Source of the DNA: an uncultured virus (IMG/VR IMGVR_UViG_3300020050_010858)
Lineage: Duplodnaviria; Heunggongvirae; Uroviricota; Caudoviricetes
Reading direction: 5' to 3' (one strand)
Virus record (IMG/VR): IMGVR_UViG_3300020050_010858
Length of the DNA stretch: 64,000 nt
This document shows positions 60,617 to 64,000 of this stretch, one piece after another (position 1 is the stretch's first letter; each line of letters begins with the position of its first letter). A program made the position numbers and the translations under genes. The notes beneath the pieces are model-generated. The model was not told where the DNA came from and made no database searches. It worked only from the letters and a program-made list of their open reading frames with translations.

Positions 60617-61003
60617 ATGAGTGTTTATCCTGACTGTCCTCACGGGGAAGAGCAGCTTGAATCTGGTGTTCTTAACGACCCTACTCCCAAATCTATCGAG
60701 TGGGGCGATCTCGCGGATTTCGACGAAATGTTCAAGCATATTTGCGAACACTCTGACGGATTTACATATGCTCAAATGGAAACAGTTCGAGCGTGGATGC
60801 ATGCGGGGATTTCGTGGAAACAAATGCAACATGTTAACGAAATTCATGATTTCAAATCCATCTTGTTAAGATGTTACAATAACGGAATTGATTCTGTAAA
60901 TTTCGATGGTCGTCTTGCTTCTGAAAATAAACTAGCGACCGAAGAAATTCTGAAATTCCCAATATCCGATTGTTCGTTAAATAATAACGAGGCCTACAGA
61001 TGA
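60617..61003 (+). CDS. Hypothetical protein
   Basis: GGAGG RBS; coupled. Confidence 0.45.
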   Translation: MSVYPDCPHGEEQLESGVLNDPTPKSIEWGDLADFDEMFKHICEHSDGFTYAQMETVRAWMHAGISWKQMQHVNEIHDFKSILLRCYNNGIDSVNFDGRLASENKLATEEILKFPISDCSLNNNEAYR

Positions 61004-61153
61004 AATGCCCTCAATGCGGCTACGAAATCGAGTCCCAGCAAAGGCGAGCTGCAAATTCTCGCTGGTCAAAAATGACCCCCGAACAGAAATCCGCCCAAAT
61101 GTCCAAAATCCGCAAAAAGGGGATTAAGAAAAAGAAGAAACCCCTTAGCAAGA

Positions 61154-61465
61154 ATGGATACGACAACACAGACCCCTTCCGTTGCCACCAGTGCCTTGTT
61201 AGGATGCCCGTTCTGCGGTGGCGAAGCGAGCGCAACCGGTGAAGTGAAATACTCCGAAACCCATGAAGCGTGGTGGAAGGATGGAACACGCATCCGTAAA
61301 TCCTACTTCTGCAACTGCATGAAGTGCGGAGTAACCAACAAGGGTCTGTGCGGACATCAGACGCCTGCGCTGGCTGTCAGACATTGGAACACCCGCAGTC
61401 AGGCTAACGCAATAGGTGAGGCACGGGCGGACACCGACACCTCGCCGCAAGATCAAACTCTCTAG
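61154..61465 (+). CDS. Lar-family restriction alleviation-like Zn protein (cassette)
   Basis: CPFCGG...C.KCG...A...WNTR. Confidence 0.75.
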   Translation: MDTTTQTPSVATSALLGCPFCGGEASATGEVKYSETHEAWWKDGTRIRKSYFCNCMKCGVTNKGLCGHQTPALAVRHWNTRSQANAIGEARADTDTSPQDQTL

Positions 61466-61778
61466 CCACCATGCCACTCCGAAACAACACCGCCCCGCCC
61501 GTTGCTCTCGACCGACTTGTTCGGGATCTCATTTCGCGGGCGAGAGATCAGAAACGCCGCACCCGCCAACGACTGCGTGACATGGAGGGAGATTTCATCG
61601 CGGAGCCGACTCGCGGCCCCATCCAACGCAATGGCAGGCGGTGCATCCGCTGGCACTTCTGGCAGGCATCCCGCGCCAAACATCAGGCCATCACCGACCA
61701 AATCACGGCGGTCAAATCATGTATCCCGAACACCGTAACGGTGTGGGACACGAAGGCGGACAAAGAAGTCTATCGCGC

Positions 61779-61994
61779 ATGAACTGGGCTGCACAATTCG
61801 TCGAAGCACGCGGCAGCCTCACTCAAGCGGAGGCTGCCGCTTCCATTTCCGCGCTCCTCTCTGTGCGCACCGTTGAAGATTGGGAACTCGGTCGCAGGCA
61901 ACCTCCAGCTTGGGTGCAAGCTCTCGTGCTCGCTGTTCTTCGGCGGGCGGCGGGGAGGAAAACCGCTCGCGCGAAAACCGGAGCAAGGAAATGA
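61779..61994 (+). CDS. HTH transcriptional regulator
   Basis: LTQAEAA...SVRTVEDWE.GRR.P. Confidence 0.75.
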   Translation: MNWAAQFVEARGSLTQAEAAASISALLSVRTVEDWELGRRQPPAWVQALVLAVLRRAAGRKTARAKTGARK

Positions 61995-62378
61995 ACGACG
62001 ACATGAGCCACTGCGAAGCCAGCCCCGCCGCAAAATGACCGCCCAAGCCACATCCCGGCCCGAGTCCAACCGCGTAGCGGTTGGCTCGATGGGCTTGTTG
62101 GGCGATGTCCTCCCTGGTCAAAAATTCCGCTTCCCTCACAGGAAAGAAGGCGCGCCGGTCTATGAAATGCTATCGCGCGGAAGCTGGAAGGCTGGAATGC
62201 AGGTCCGCAGAACGTGGCCGGATGGATGCTCTGACGAGGTGACGCTCTCAAAGAAATACCTGCGCGAGGAAGTTATATTTATTCAGCCCAACGATAAGGT
62301 CAGCGACGGCGGGCCGCTGACTCCCGAATCCAAACAAGACGCGAACCCGCCGTTCGCTGCACCGCTTGGTTAGCCCTT

Positions 62379-62624
62379 ATGACACTACAACGCAAACTCA
62401 CTCAATGGACGGAATGTGTGCCGGAAGAAATGGCGAAGATGTCGCCAGCGGCAATCCAATACGCACTGGCCGACGCCAAGGCGGACATAATCACAATGGC
62501 GAAACTCCTGTGCGAAGCCGGATACCCGCGCCGTGGAACGCCGGAAGAATCCCAAACCATCTATGACTACGCCGAGAAGGTGCAAACGCTCATCCCGCAC
62601 GCCGATGCCGTCGAGTTGGGCTAA
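62379..62624 (+). CDS. Cassette hypothetical protein
   Basis: Bounded by GTTAGCCC and GGGCTAAC. Confidence 0.6.
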   Translation: MTLQRKLTQWTECVPEEMAKMSPAAIQYALADAKADIITMAKLLCEAGYPRRGTPEESQTIYDYAEKVQTLIPHADAVELG

Positions 62625-63146
62625 CGCAATAGGTGAGGCGCACGGGCGGAAAGCGCCACGTCGCCACGCCAGAAAGGAATGAAATGACTCCTGAACATCT
62701 GACGCGATTGCAGTTCCAGTTCGCGTCGATAAAATCATGGATAGAAATAAAGCCAAAAGAAGCTCAAGCAGCGCTACTAGCATTAATTCCTAAGCGCAAC
62801 GATTATCGAATTTGGGCCATACTTGAAATGGTCTGTTTATATGACTCAGAAGATAGCGCCGAGAAGAAAAATATTGAGCGCACAATTTTGGAGATTTTAA
62901 GAAATAAATTATGAGTGAAGAATCGAAATGCGAATCTATGTGCGAGGGGAGATATACAGCCACTGGGCATTGCTTGTGTCACGCCACACATAGCGAAGAT
63001 GTAGTGCCTAGAGAGCTTGCCATAAGGCTCGAAAAAGAAGTCCACATTCTAGAGGCGGCATTAAAGGCGACTAAAGGTAAACGCATGGGGCATGTTGAGG
63101 ATATTGTAAAAAAGGCCCTCCGTGAAGTAGAGAGGATGAGGAAATT

Positions 63147-63587
63147 ATGAGTGTTTGCAGAAATCACAATCCCTACGACAGATGGACGTATGACCACCAA
63201 TGCCCTGTTTGTTTATCAAAGACCATTGACGAGAAAGACGCGACCATCGCCGAGCTGAATGCGCGGGTTAAGGAGCTGGAGGAGAATGTGCGGGAATCTC
63301 AAAAACAAGACCAGAGCACTCTCTCCGAGTCTAACGAGCGGCTGAGAGAACATATAACCTCCCTAAATTGTGGTGGCCGCGATGGAATTGATGTTTGCAC
63401 GGAAGATAGTGCATGTTTTGTCCACTCAGCACTCTCCGACACGCCATCCGGCCAGCGGTTTGTTAAGAGGGAGGTTTTGGAGGGCGTTATGGCAGTTGCC
63501 AGATTTGGAAGTATGGAGCAGTCGCCACCCGGATTTTCGGACGATCAAATTGATGCAGCCCAGGCCGAGCTGGATAGGACGAGGTGA
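63147..63587 (+). CDS. Hypothetical coiled-coil protein
   Basis: Coupled ORF. Confidence 0.45.
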   Translation: MSVCRNHNPYDRWTYDHQCPVCLSKTIDEKDATIAELNARVKELEENVRESQKQDQSTLSESNERLREHITSLNCGGRDGIDVCTEDSACFVHSALSDTPSGQRFVKREVLEGVMAVARFGSMEQSPPGFSDDQIDAAQAELDRTR

Positions 63588-63675
63588 GTTAAACCCGAAT
63601 CCTTAATTGGTAATACAGGGGATTGATAAGGGGTTCTTGACGAAGTATGTCAAGCCTGAAATGCTATCTACACTT

Positions 63676-64000
63676 ATGGGCCGCCCTTCAAAATATACTC
63701 AATCTCTTGCTGATGAGATTTGCGAGCGACTTTCTAAATGTGAGCCCCTGGCTGGGATATGCAGGGGGGAAGGGAAGCCAACAACTCAAACAGTCAATGC
63801 TTGGGTTCGTGATAATGAATCTTTCGCCATCGCATACGCGCGCGCGAGAGAGGAAGGGTTTGACGAAATAGCAATGGATTGTCTACATATCGCTGACGAG
63901 ACAGGGCAGGATACTAAATACACTGACTCAGGCGAACAGGCAGATAGCGAATGGATCACTCGCAGCCGACTACGTGTTGAGACGCGCCTGAAACTTTTGG
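63676..64000 (+). CDS. terS: Terminase small subunit (Sf6 gp1-like), 3' truncated; absent from the ORF track
   Basis: MGRPSKYT...DEICERL...IC...P...TV..W......F...YARARE...IAD...RLRVETR. Confidence 0.85.
   Translation, partial: MGRPSKYTQSLADEICERLSKCEPLAGICRGEGKPTTQTVNAWVRDNESFAIAYARAREEGFDEIAMDCLHIADETGQDTKYTDSGEQADSEWITRSRLRVETRLKLL

Larger units (their letters stand above)
57484..62650 (+). mobile_element. Array of attC-like sites and gene cassettes lacking an integrase (CALIN-like)
   Basis: Sites at 57484-57613, 57903-57997, 58436-58490, 58861-58957, 59127-59224, 59840-59931, 61402-61525, 61990-62103, 62286-62375; degenerate or half sites at 60268-60325, 61198, 61725, 62619. Confidence 0.85.

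Overview
Tailed-phage DNA that looks like a mosaic of several genomes. (A) 1-~3 kb: DnaB and early genes plus a tRNA-like RNA. (B) ~3-7 kb: podophage-like virion and tail-fibre genes. (C) ~8.5-52 kb: a near-complete myovirus-type genome. It has ParB and a tyrosine recombinase; a minus-strand packaging/head/contractile-tail/lysis operon; a plus-strand SF2 helicase/exonuclease/SSB/PolA/primase module; and dispersed RmlC, RmlD, glycosyltransferase and sugar C-methyltransferase genes. Two copies of a Cys-Ser-X tandem-repeat gene bracket it. (D) 52-64 kb: a second recombination/replication module, accessory genes and a second small terminase. Main observations: (1) a 312-aa intein in the helicase has a Zn-finger/Vsr-like endonuclease encoded in an overlapping +1 frame while the intein frame stays open; (2) an array of about 9 integron-type attC sites bounds phage accessory genes, with no IntI in the window; (3) five dif-like 11-7-11 bp sites sit on gene ends; (4) a phage pathway for a methylated rhamnose-type sugar. 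All protein calls come from motif recognition by eye; no database search was run.
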